Of a stretch of DNA of 64,000 nt, positions 49,301 through 57,728 are shown piece by piece. A program made the translations under genes and the position numbers. Numbering within the stretch: position 1 is the first letter of the stretch; each line of letters opens with the position of its first letter. Source of the DNA: a virus (Duplodnaviria > Caudoviricetes); IMG/VR virus record IMGVR_UViG_3300020577_010124, positions 32,001 to 96,000 of that record, one strand, 5' to 3'. A model generated the notes under the pieces. The model was not told where the DNA came from and did no database searches. It was given only the letters and a program-made list of their open reading frames with translations.

Positions 49301-50478
49301 CGGCAACAAATAAGGATCTCATATTGCCATGCATGTTTACTGATTCTACTGATTCGAGTTTCTTTGTGTTGCCAGATAGCCCCGATAGAGATACTGGGCA
49401 GTATCAGAAAATACGAATAAGTAATAAGTATGTAGCATTCTCTACTTACATGGATCTTCAATCCCCAATAACAGTTATAAATGACTGCTTCATTGAATTG
49501 GAAATTGTTGGAGTTCCTGGCACGTATGCGTATCGTCTTAAGAATGAGAATGACGAAGATTGGACTGAATGGTTGCCTATCGGTCCAGACCTTCCTGCTC
49601 AAACTCAAACAGATACAGAAGCGTCAAAGCCTGAACGAGACTTCTTTAGAGCATACTTCACCGAGAGAGATAAGTTTGTTGCTCCTTGGGTTGCATCCGC
49701 TGGCAATGGTTCAAAAAGAATATGTTGCGAGATTTTGACATTCTTTGGTAAGACAGAAGCTTTCTGTCTTGACTTTATGGCTATATATAATAACCTAGAA
49801 TATAAGGTTGATCTATTCTTTGATGAGGGTTTCCAAAATCCAGTATCTAAGTTCAAAAACTATATGGTTGTAAGCGAGTTCAAAACCGAGACTCCAATAG
49901 ATGATTCTAACTTGACTTCTATAAATGAAGAAGCAACAAAGATAACGACAATCTATGCTAGAGTTGAGTTCAAAGACAAGCAAAAGATACAGCTTGTAGA
50001 AAAACTCCAAAACGTTGAACGGATGGGTATTTCTAACAAAATAACAATGAGCGTTTACCAGCAAGGAATAAATGATCAAATAGGCCTGCAAATGACGAAA
50101 ATAGAAGATGGTATCTATAAGAGTTCGTTCACGGTTGAAGCCAACGATGGCGTAATAAACATTGATGGTCTTGCGGTTATTGTTATTGATGTTCCAGGTC
50201 AATGCAAGCCAGTAACGTTTGCAGATCTTAGCAATAGAATTGGCAGTATTCTTGAAAGTAGAAACTTGGACCAAAAAGTATCAGTCTTTAATAACTTCAC
50301 GGTATTCAGAGAGAAATATCTAGCTGATGATATAAGAGGGTCTTTTGGTTCTCCTGATTACTATAAAATAAGAACATTTGGAGTAGGTGGAAAGAACGCA
50401 GGGAATTTTGATAATACTGAATGGACAGGAGGCGGCGACGGCCCCCTGAACAATAATACAGGATATAAAACTCCCTAA
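43357..50478 (+). CDS. giant mosaic tail/adhesin protein (2373 aa) with propeller blades and a DUF642-like domain
   Basis: GTG start with GGAG RBS; blades HIVWESDR..QIYY, HIAWQSNR..DIYY, FIAWQDNR..QIYS; galactose-binding-like domain at about 46576-47120. Confidence 0.7.
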   Translation: MSIKLKLQPFSASITNTKSISFKLSNLKRDKSYRISFENATLNRAIRVVSSSNGTFAGDKIFIQNVEEVEGKIDLSLYESDAISVVSIYANIEEKNDSDIWKLSDIAAFSFQIENSKASGTEKVSVYPPFVGPEDKATVIVQTDPNSNLQVVINNKRFVVKANFSGQGSISFRPIDVFSGSPASASALQKYPVYYSKSKDNYTELYDSGVFVHFVPESMKALQATNDPGAPACAIIDPTPGQGLTINKLDDFCIDGSVVGPLSIFDTDSEDSNFYNSQVGFCEDIQKIYPVEDQESVCRIFNSTSSTILPNGSALVAFASQETFANDPYTIPTLSSRIFVAHIPTSLKYSGNLVRDGTVIKPPAFYHTATPLGISDGEKYSLTFRFEDGSLFEVQHETTSSSISEFVQYFVQTINDNETLSLEGVKAVDQGTFIELKSDFRFTIRTEVLSGDGTFTAKLRINKTLDIFTDSSAILDQGNTLVFLFPRLGYQSHTIVSRDTVNNIIRIEVPNGFNNDIGPNIVSNLYCQQFVIVDTETDQPVTDLVEVSPLPYIYDIFTREVSAIYPVITTRTLESTGETIAYVVCQSPVNGVYQLFYYSFRVGSAAETPGWKQLTSTKENKNARIKCDSIGNLHIVWESDRFGATQIYYGILGPSSRIINNQALISAIDKSSEATLSTPILSISTPTAIQSSWTRLITNAGKVSVPSTNKVVVDGNPFTDGAMALYRLTTDEFGKAFPHHFGQISFQVSFDFKVDGVTSSVLGEDDIKKEFEDWVGQFAPAGDNKYSRDNNLYTLDQYASYFDSMIPILGSYKIPSSSVNIVTGGATVTGYNNISGNTHGEMGSPATAAHPANIRHYMLAVMPEKIKFRAKNAEAYFQYCERVGANCDGYINEIEDIIYTGRFKLALVLATSENEGTGQVAKKQFSVTRLFGDFIDFRAFKNIKVAVHYAKMSLDQINGVLKRDKEVFENEIRFHSNIIVTVDNEAVLGQSFFADFTDQYGQFDIGLGMPYGDGFVTNESIPYQGNLYEDKKVRLIFNSVAIGPHSIRVNNNYVDVSSFDRNTKQMCVHENTSNILTNSSFDTSILPYAIETALFDGYAAVTDWTVINGAIYRKASGNYTASPYTGFRPTDGEAWIELTGRTSGATVFKGGISHTFQTSIGKSYYVSFDLSNNPNSYLQGSTVTKKVKVTAAAQSETFSTTLSSTVASSMNWKTQNFIFVATSSSTTLVFENASNQYGDSRDITYGPQIDRVLIVVGEDLNTEYASYSTAENLGIDQNEFDLNYSLNATDTFSQIPVTLSNTLSNKKADLCIDKIDKVHIAWQSNRNNYWDIYYAGSRIRNIPFRFETRITGANSNSINPSISVDSKGRRFIAWQDNRNGNFQIYSAVSKVQDDMLRDSCKQDEVDEFIYEWNSTLDPTIEPYTSSISQLNCGVEFEFIAPSTGSFHFHLLFYEDREYTSLYKAITSSDNLDGWRVNDEQLTYNGLSATQDASYAISYVPSYEDGLSGKVLYVVVQYQLNANPIDLSKSTNVQVVQPYSGLNLQTGHFEASTLVRAMLEFDDISPVSVRKQSASDLNVSPFTGMSFVSPLTRLSGVVKGDRVKSILLHFDPVGTSGTITAKVAFTSPIAAVFVSGSNLVLSQKYYGFPGVKYLETSAAGLEAFDTVSISADRKTLTVHMVVNPSVDEMRVLLEDDTTTIGENQFVYYCPTEQSSRCDANCLFVNNQSISKSAHFRVTFYADAQRTTPITSSFTKLDTFGWKAGPGSFPTNGITVLSGQRVNVAYIPEVLPFELYESQSKTEDSSTLRQPLVCGVTYHVTIESYVNDTFAVESQFEFLCPCNRTNVDFWNTDRDSQNWICSGQGFEDYRITETDNQCLFPIVNVTSFDMFYIVWQDFRFTRMLPTQPAVSPDYFVGLYDASEDVFKCSGQGGYDRRLTVFAEGGVGVLYDASVVIDPFQNINMIVHNGSDLYVQRCSFGCKISATNKDLILPCMFTDSTDSSFFVLPDSPDRDTGQYQKIRISNKYVAFSTYMDLQSPITVINDCFIELEIVGVPGTYAYRLKNENDEDWTEWLPIGPDLPAQTQTDTEASKPERDFFRAYFTERDKFVAPWVASAGNGSKRICCEILTFFGKTEAFCLDFMAIYNNLEYKVDLFFDEGFQNPVSKFKNYMVVSEFKTETPIDDSNLTSINEEATKITTIYARVEFKDKQKIQLVEKLQNVERMGISNKITMSVYQQGINDQIGLQMTKIEDGIYKSSFTVEANDGVINIDGLAVIVIDVPGQCKPVTFADLSNRIGSILESRNLDQKVSVFNNFTVFREKYLADDIRGSFGSPDYYKIRTFGVGGKNAGNFDNTEWTGGGDGPLNNNTGYKTP

Positions 50479-50493
50479 CTAGAGGTAAGATAG

Positions 50494-52095
50494 ATGTCTA
50501 CACTTGTAACATATATTGGGAATTATGCCACCTATTTGGGTTCTTCTGCGCCTGCATATGCTGCATGGAATAGACCAGAAAGAATTCTTAATAGAAAGAT
50601 GAACGAAACGGTTTCTACGTCAGCAAGTAGTACCGTTGATGAGTTTAGTACGCATATTTTTGATGCTTGGGCAGCGGGCGATTTATCTTTTCTTTTCAAC
50701 TCTTTTATTATTAGCGTCCAAATTCGAGTTAGATGGGAGTTTATAAAAGAAAATGGAAATGATGAAGCTCATGCAACTCTAGTAGATCCTTTGCTTAGCC
50801 AGGGCGGTGGTATCTTTAGCTTTTCTCCTTCTAACACTGATAACGGTACGCTGAGAGCAAATGATGGTCCACAAATTACAACACTTAATTACACAGGAAG
50901 CAACGTTCCTGATGCAACGCTATTCGGACCAGGAAATCCTATTGGTGAAAATGATCTTGATTTTGCTTGCGCTTTTAATTACAAATCAAATGGCGGCGAC
51001 GGCGGAGATTTGAAAACCATTAAACTCTATAACGTAGAGTTTACGGTTACATATGCTATAGCAGGTATACAGGTAACGTATACTGGAAATTCCATAAGCA
51101 ACAATAACGGTTCTAGAAATATAGGAACATTCGTTCAAAATAGTACACAATCGGTTAATCTCGTTGTTCAAAACAATGGAGATTCTCCATCGACTTTGTA
51201 TATTTATCAGAATGGTATAACAGTAACTGGAAAAGGAAATTTGTCTTCAAATCCTGTTGCTTCTGCTGGTTTTACAATTGCAAAGCCTGGCGGAGCTTCT
51301 TTGAATATTCCAATCACTGTAAATACAGGAACGTTGGGAAGTAATTCAATATCAGTAACTATTGTTAATAATGCTTCTTTTTGTTCGTTTACTTTAGTCT
51401 TTACAGTTTCAGCGGCGGATAGTTTATCGCCAGGTATAAAGCTAACATACGGGGCTTCTTCTATTACAAATGGAGCTTCTGTAAATCTTGGAAACTTTGG
51501 TCAATCAGTAAATAATGATGTAACATTTAGTATTGGAAATACAGGAAGCCCAACGCTTGTTGTGGCTAATAATGGTATTTCTGTAACTAGCTCTGGTAGC
51601 GGCGCTCAGCTTACAACTAATCCTGTAAGCAGTTCAAGCGCTAACGTTGTTACAAATGCTACGATATCTTTTGTCATTCGACTTGATTCAGCATCGCTTG
51701 GTCACAAGACTGCTGTAGTTGTTGTTTCATCCAATGATACAGCGAATTCTCCATTTGTGTTTACGCTTTCTTATAATATCTCATCAGCCTATAATCTACT
51801 TGTTAAAGAAGATGCTATGGAAGTTTCAGAAAATGACATAGTAAATCTTGGATCATTTAATAAGAAAGCAACAATCCTAAAAACAATTTCGTTGAGTAAC
51901 AATGGGATTACTTACAATATTAGAGTTCTTGGGATAACAGCATCAGGTGATCTAACTATAGAAAATATTCCAGCATTGCCATTTGTACTTCAAACGAATG
52001 AAGCAAACGTATCACAGCTTACCGCTAAGCTTTCGTCCGCTGTTCTTGGAAATAGAACGGGCGGAATCACAGTTCAGTGGGAACCTATAAATTAA
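50494..52095 (+). CDS. adhesin-like protein with three ASH/choice-of-anchor D Ig-like repeats
   Basis: Repeats of the type LG.F......I.N.G...L.V..I..SG...SND..SPF.F. Confidence 0.7.
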   Translation: MSTLVTYIGNYATYLGSSAPAYAAWNRPERILNRKMNETVSTSASSTVDEFSTHIFDAWAAGDLSFLFNSFIISVQIRVRWEFIKENGNDEAHATLVDPLLSQGGGIFSFSPSNTDNGTLRANDGPQITTLNYTGSNVPDATLFGPGNPIGENDLDFACAFNYKSNGGDGGDLKTIKLYNVEFTVTYAIAGIQVTYTGNSISNNNGSRNIGTFVQNSTQSVNLVVQNNGDSPSTLYIYQNGITVTGKGNLSSNPVASAGFTIAKPGGASLNIPITVNTGTLGSNSISVTIVNNASFCSFTLVFTVSAADSLSPGIKLTYGASSITNGASVNLGNFGQSVNNDVTFSIGNTGSPTLVVANNGISVTSSGSGAQLTTNPVSSSSANVVTNATISFVIRLDSASLGHKTAVVVVSSNDTANSPFVFTLSYNISSAYNLLVKEDAMEVSENDIVNLGSFNKKATILKTISLSNNGITYNIRVLGITASGDLTIENIPALPFVLQTNEANVSQLTAKLSSAVLGNRTGGITVQWEPIN

Positions 52096-52106
52096 TGGAG
52101 CAATAA

Positions 52107-53684
52107 GTGAGTGTTATTCGTTACATCCAGTCTGTACAACAAGATGAGAAAGCAAATTATGTTTTTGACAAGCTTTCAGATCTTGTTGCAGCAACAGATA
52201 CAACTAATCATGCCACGGCTTTGATTTCAGATGATAATTCTTTTACAACTTCATTAATTACAGCAACATCTCAGATTTTTTCAAATGCCTTTGAAGATGC
52301 TGATGTTATAACAAAAACTGAGGTTCGTGTTTTTTGGAAACTTCAAAAGGGAACAGAAAAGCTTGGTAGCGCAAATATCGGTGATACTAAGTTGTATGTG
52401 GGAGGAGCCGAGTGGTTTCCAAGCTTTTCTCAGAATACAAAATATAATCTAGAAACTGAAGAAGAAGACTATGTTTTAGAGAGTCTTTTTATATTTGATT
52501 CTGATAATGGACCTTCAACTGCTCTTTTGCGAGAAGCAGAAGATAGCGGTAGATTTATGAAGTTTGACTTCGATTTCTATGCCAAAGATGAAGATCAGTT
52601 TATAAAAAATACTTCTATATATGTCTATTATGTAGAATATACTATCTATTTGAATGATTTAGAATCTCAAATGGTAGTAAGATATAACAAAGATGAAATT
52701 TCTTCTGAACGAACCATTTCTTTGGGTTCTATAAGAAGAAATACTTCAAGCGCTTTTGATATTAGTCTAGAAAATACGGGTAGTAATAAACTAACTCTTG
52801 AAAGAATTTCTGCTACTACAGTAACTCTTCAAAATAATCCAACAAGCTCAGGCAATTATAGCATAGATGTTGGACAGACTTATGTTTTAGTCTTTAGCAT
52901 TCCTACTTCTACAGTTGGAAATTTTAGATCTGAAATAAGCATACAATCAGATGATCCTGGTAATGAAAGATTTAGGTTTTATGTAACATATTCAATAGAA
53001 GAAACTGCCGTAGCATCTCCTATTCTAACAGTTTTGCAAAATAGTTCTGCGATAACTAATGGTAAAGTTTTGACCATTCCTGCGGTAGTTGTATCTTCTT
53101 CATCAACTGTTGATATAACAATCAAAAATACAGGAACTACCAATTTAGCTATTAGCGGAGCTAGTATTTCAGGAGACGGAACCGTTAGCGGTCTATCAAC
53201 CTTTGGCAATAATATAAGCATAGCGCCTTCAGAAACCAAAATACTAAAACTTGTTCTAAATACATCAACCGAAGGCAACAAGATAATTTCATATGCAATA
53301 AACTCTAATGATAGCTCTCATAATCCTTTTACTTTTAGAATATCTTACATGGTTTCTAAAGCTCATGATATAAAGCTTAGAAATAATGACAGTTCTATAA
53401 AACCATCAGAAGCTATTCTTGAAAATGGAAGTACAGTAAGTGTAGGATTGATTAATGATTCATATACAAAGAGTTATACCATACAAAATGATGGAATAGC
53501 TACAGATATAATAGTCAATTCTGTTACGGCAACAGGCTCTTTGGTTGTTTCTAGTACCCCTTCTATGCCGTTTACCCTAAGAGCGTCAGCAGCAAATTCA
53601 TTAACATTTTTGATAACATTCAAAACAGAAAGTAGCGGAGATAAGACAGGCGATATAGTCATAGATTGGAGTGCGGCTTCTTGA
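52107..53684 (+). CDS. adhesin-like protein with three ASH/choice-of-anchor D Ig-like repeats (paralogue)
   Basis: ISLENTGSNKLTL...SDDP, IKNTGTTNLAISG...SNDSSHNPFTF, IQNDG; GTG start with GGAG RBS. Confidence 0.7.
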   Translation: MSVIRYIQSVQQDEKANYVFDKLSDLVAATDTTNHATALISDDNSFTTSLITATSQIFSNAFEDADVITKTEVRVFWKLQKGTEKLGSANIGDTKLYVGGAEWFPSFSQNTKYNLETEEEDYVLESLFIFDSDNGPSTALLREAEDSGRFMKFDFDFYAKDEDQFIKNTSIYVYYVEYTIYLNDLESQMVVRYNKDEISSERTISLGSIRRNTSSAFDISLENTGSNKLTLERISATTVTLQNNPTSSGNYSIDVGQTYVLVFSIPTSTVGNFRSEISIQSDDPGNERFRFYVTYSIEETAVASPILTVLQNSSAITNGKVLTIPAVVVSSSSTVDITIKNTGTTNLAISGASISGDGTVSGLSTFGNNISIAPSETKILKLVLNTSTEGNKIISYAINSNDSSHNPFTFRISYMVSKAHDIKLRNNDSSIKPSEAILENGSTVSVGLINDSYTKSYTIQNDGIATDIIVNSVTATGSLVVSSTPSMPFTLRASAANSLTFLITFKTESSGDKTGDIVIDWSAAS

Positions 53685-55249
53685 GTCAATTAATCATTCA
53701 CTATACTTGGACAGTTCCTAATTCATTTGAATTCAATTTCACTTGGAAGATTGTAACTCCGCCACCGCCACCTTCAGTTCCCACAGTTCTTACTTCTGGA
53801 CCGCAAAACGCAATCAACCGACCAACCCTTCTTTTCCCGAATGGCAACGAAGATATTCTAACTAGAGAGATAGAGATTTCATGGCAAGAGCCGTCTCCGA
53901 CTTCTACGGATAATTTGACTATTTGGTATGAACTATACTTTACGGAAAACTACGATTATTTCAACGAGCCAGATTGGAAGATGATTGCTTCTGTTCCTGC
54001 TGGTATAAATCGTTTCCTTTGGAAAGTTGGAAACAGCATAAAGAGCAAGAACGTTCGAGTAGGCGTTAGGGCTGTAAATACAAGAGGCGAGCGTAGCGAC
54101 CTATCCATTTCTGCCGCCTCATTTGCCATTCGTAAATCCTTGCCTGTAACGCCCGCCGTAATATCTCCCGTTCCAAATCAGCGATATGGAACAAATATAC
54201 AGTTTGTCTTTGACGACAGCGCTGTACTAAATTCTTTCGCGCAAAGAGCAAAATACTACATCTACTTTAGCTCTAACAAGGCAAACGTTCCATTTACCCC
54301 AGTCGCTCAAAAGTTGCCTGTTGGTAATGGTCCTTTAGTTTGGGATACGTCTTTGCTTCCTCCTTCGGACGACTATGTTGTTACGATTTATCTAGCAGAC
54401 GACGACGGCAATAAGTCTGAAGAAGTAAATATTCGAAACCTATCCATAATACAAGAAGGCTTCTTCTTGATAGATACTAAGGCTCCAAGCGGATATGTTC
54501 AAATAAATAACGCAGATCAATTTACAAGAGACGAGAATGTTTCTGTTAGATTGTATTCCTATGACGAAACAACAGGAGTGCATTCAATGCAGTTTATTGA
54601 GTCTGACGACACCGATATTGAAGGACCGCCAGAATCATTTGCCAATGTTAAATATTGGAAACTAACTGAGAACGACGGTACTAAAACTCTAAAGGTTAGA
54701 TTTCAGGACTATGGAGCAAATAGAACTTCTCAAGAGACACAAACGTTTAGGGTCTTGTTTGAGATCAACAATGACGACATTGCGGATATTGCTCTAGATC
54801 CATCTACTCCGCCAGTTGTTTGGCTTGGTAAAAACGGAGAGTCTCCTGCTATCTATAAGTTTAGCCCAAATAACAGCTTTATAACCAATGTCAACGAGAA
54901 GATCAATGCTTTGGCCGTTTATGGAGGAGTGCTTTATATCTCTGCCCAAACGTCTGATTCAACAGCCTTAATATATCGCTGGACAGGATTTGTTCTTGAA
55001 GAAGCAATAAGCTTCAGCGATATTGATTCAGAAGTTATTTCTATGTGTTCATTTAGAGATAAGCTGTATTTTGGATTGAAGAACGGTAACTTGTTTAGCT
55101 ATGATGGAAGTTCTTCTACTATAGTCAAGGTGTTTGCATCTCCAATTCAAAAACTATATTCCGATAATTCCTTGTTATATGTTGTACTTCGCAATAGTAA
55201 AACTATGACGGTCTATGACGGACAAAACTTCTCTGAGGTTGTAGTATGA
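53681..55249 (+). CDS. virion protein with FN3/Ig-like domains and a C-terminal beta-propeller
   Basis: ISWQEP...YELYF...VRAVNTRGERSDLS FN3-like; IDTKAPSGYVQIN. Likely TTG start at 53681 (GGAG RBS, TTGA overlap). Confidence 0.65.
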   Translation: MSQLIIHYTWTVPNSFEFNFTWKIVTPPPPPSVPTVLTSGPQNAINRPTLLFPNGNEDILTREIEISWQEPSPTSTDNLTIWYELYFTENYDYFNEPDWKMIASVPAGINRFLWKVGNSIKSKNVRVGVRAVNTRGERSDLSISAASFAIRKSLPVTPAVISPVPNQRYGTNIQFVFDDSAVLNSFAQRAKYYIYFSSNKANVPFTPVAQKLPVGNGPLVWDTSLLPPSDDYVVTIYLADDDGNKSEEVNIRNLSIIQEGFFLIDTKAPSGYVQINNADQFTRDENVSVRLYSYDETTGVHSMQFIESDDTDIEGPPESFANVKYWKLTENDGTKTLKVRFQDYGANRTSQETQTFRVLFEINNDDIADIALDPSTPPVVWLGKNGESPAIYKFSPNNSFITNVNEKINALAVYGGVLYISAQTSDSTALIYRWTGFVLEEAISFSDIDSEVISMCSFRDKLYFGLKNGNLFSYDGSSSTIVKVFASPIQKLYSDNSLLYVVLRNSKTMTVYDGQNFSEVVV

Positions 55250-56655
55250 GTTCAATTGACAAAGTATCAATAAAAGGAACCTATCCTGTTACGTCAACGG
55301 TAGCTCCTTCATATACGGCTTCGGATACGAGCGCTTTTCGCGTTCAGTTTTTCAAGGATATCAATTCAGCAAATCCATTTTCTTCTGCCAAGTTTGGAGT
55401 TATTCTTGCTGAAGGTATAAAGATCTTTGTTGGCGTGTTTACTAGCGATAACGGAATGGATACTACTTTTATCCAAATACCGCTTATAGGGCAGAGTATT
55501 AATGATTTGGTTTCTAAGCTAAATAATTATGCAGATGTTATTGCAGAGACTACAAACTCAAGCAACTTCATTTCAACTGATTCGATAAATCAAACCGCCC
55601 TTGGAGACGGTTCAAATAAGTGGTTGTATTTTGAAGTTCCAAGTATTGAAGTAAACTCAACGTACTCTACATTGAATCGAGATCTTAGATTTTTCCTTAC
55701 AACTCCTCAGCCTATTTCTGCGCAAAACAATATTTTGCAATCCCTGGGCGGATTTGTTAGTCAAAGCGAAATCTATAGCTCGGCGCTCTTGGCTTCATCA
55801 TTGTCAGTATATGATACTACCTTGTATATCAATCCTGATAGTTTTAGTTCTTCTTTGTCTGTAAATGATTTGAATAAAAGTCCGTTTTTGCAAATCAACG
55901 ACGAAATAGTACAGGTCAATAGATGGGAAGAGTTTAGCGTGTATCTAACCCAAAGAAATATGTTTGATACTCCTCTTAGATATCATCCTAAAAACTCAGT
56001 GGTTAGAGAGTTGGCAAAGAATGACTTCTTTGATAGAAACCTAAGCGAAGACGGGGAGCAATATCGCTGCCTAGCTATAAAGAATACCAACTTGACAGAA
56101 ATAGCGAAAGATTTGAAGGTCTTTTTCAAACTTCCTAGTAGAAATAACCTATCCTCAATGAAGCTTGCTATTGAGCTTCCAAAAAGTGATTATTATAGCG
56201 ATACGGTAACTTCAGGAGGTTTTACAGCCTTCACTGTAACGTCATTGATTAACAAATTTCCGAATGATTATTTTGTAACTTCTCCAATTGTTTTTACTTC
56301 TGGTCCAAATGCGGGTCAGGTTAGAATCGTAAAATCATATATAGCAAATAGCGGAACTATTATTGTGGATAGTAGACTTCCAAACTCAGTATCTACGGGA
56401 AACGAATTTTACATTGATACGGCTCCTGCTCAAAGAATAAAGTCAGGCACGAAAGTTCCAACTGGATTGCAATTTTATGACGCAAGCAATGAGGCCTCAG
56501 CCGTGTCAATAAATGTATCAAACACAAGAATTAGTGGAAATAATCTAAAACCACAAGAAACTATTTATGTTTGGATAAAGCGGTCAATATCAGAAACGAA
56601 TGATGAATTTTCTAACAATAGGTCCATGCTAAGTTTGATATACAGTAAAGTCTAA
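55246..56655 (+). CDS. putative tail/baseplate structural protein
   Basis: SLGGFVS, QYRCLAIKN, IYVWIKRSI motifs; contains the FTSGPNAGQVRIV module shared with 8001-10847. Confidence 0.55.
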   Translation: MSSIDKVSIKGTYPVTSTVAPSYTASDTSAFRVQFFKDINSANPFSSAKFGVILAEGIKIFVGVFTSDNGMDTTFIQIPLIGQSINDLVSKLNNYADVIAETTNSSNFISTDSINQTALGDGSNKWLYFEVPSIEVNSTYSTLNRDLRFFLTTPQPISAQNNILQSLGGFVSQSEIYSSALLASSLSVYDTTLYINPDSFSSSLSVNDLNKSPFLQINDEIVQVNRWEEFSVYLTQRNMFDTPLRYHPKNSVVRELAKNDFFDRNLSEDGEQYRCLAIKNTNLTEIAKDLKVFFKLPSRNNLSSMKLAIELPKSDYYSDTVTSGGFTAFTVTSLINKFPNDYFVTSPIVFTSGPNAGQVRIVKSYIANSGTIIVDSRLPNSVSTGNEFYIDTAPAQRIKSGTKVPTGLQFYDASNEASAVSINVSNTRISGNNLKPQETIYVWIKRSISETNDEFSNNRSMLSLIYSKV

Positions 56656-56657
56656 CA

Positions 56658-57728
56658 ATGCAACAAGTATCCATAAATATAGATCTATCTAGTTATGTCA
56701 AAAATGTTATAAACACTAAAGTAAAGTTGTTTATGAAGTTTGAGGGGCTGCCAATCATTGACGAGATTAGCGGTCAAGCTGTGCAGATACTTAACGATCA
56801 GCCTCCTTTTATTGAAGAAGCCATCTTTGGTAATGGTCTTAGAATGAGGCCTAGATCCACTATATCTGTTCCGTTGTTGTTTGATAATCCTGCGGAGTTC
56901 TCTATTGGATTTTGGCTTCATCCAGCTTGGATTTCTCCGACTATTAGCCCGCTAACTAATCTTCCAGTTTACTACAGAATGAGTCTAATGGATAAGTCTT
57001 CTTATCTTTACACAAGTGCAACTGGATTTATTGGTGCAACAGATACAACCTTTAGCATATATGAAGAGTCTATAGAGAACAAGTTTAACATTTTGAAAGT
57101 TCTTCTACAAGCTACAGACGGCACTCAGATAACGGTAAAAACTGAAGCATACACAACCGAAAAACCTCATCATTTTTGGATATCTTATTATGGACCAACC
57201 AGAAAACTAGATATTTTCATTGATGGTAGTCCAGTTCAAGTATTTTCTGAGGACGGATTAAGTATCCCTCAATCGCTCAATAACTCTCCTTCGGTTCCTT
57301 TTAGAATCAACTCTTCTGCCGTTGGGTATGGATCTTTGGTTAGAAATAACTTCGGACTATTGGACGAGGTAGTTCTAATCAATCAAGCTATCTCAGATTC
57401 TTCTGTTATAGCTAGAGTTATCAACCTAGGCGTAGAATATGCCATAGATCAATCCCTTAGCTATAAAGAGATTGTATCCAATGCATTTGCCTTTGACGAT
57501 CCAACCGCATTAGGCGTAACGTCGGTTATGAGTAATGGTAAAAACTTCTATGCAGGTCGAAATGACGGCGCAGTATTTAGGGGCGACAGAACGATGTGGC
57601 AAGTTAGAAGGGATTTTGCGAGCGAGGATGAAATCAAGTTTATCAAAAAGAATACCTTTTCTGCCGATTCTTCTATTACAGTAGAGAATGGTTCGCTGAA
57701 ACTATATAAAGCATCGGTTAGGATATAA
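56658..57728 (+). CDS. LamG/concanavalin A-like domain protein
   Basis: FGNGL, FSIGFWL, HHFWISY...LDIFIDG, GLLDEVVL. Confidence 0.75.
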   Translation: MQQVSINIDLSSYVKNVINTKVKLFMKFEGLPIIDEISGQAVQILNDQPPFIEEAIFGNGLRMRPRSTISVPLLFDNPAEFSIGFWLHPAWISPTISPLTNLPVYYRMSLMDKSSYLYTSATGFIGATDTTFSIYEESIENKFNILKVLLQATDGTQITVKTEAYTTEKPHHFWISYYGPTRKLDIFIDGSPVQVFSEDGLSIPQSLNNSPSVPFRINSSAVGYGSLVRNNFGLLDEVVLINQAISDSSVIARVINLGVEYAIDQSLSYKEIVSNAFAFDDPTALGVTSVMSNGKNFYAGRNDGAVFRGDRTMWQVRRDFASEDEIKFIKKNTFSADSSITVENGSLKLYKASVRI

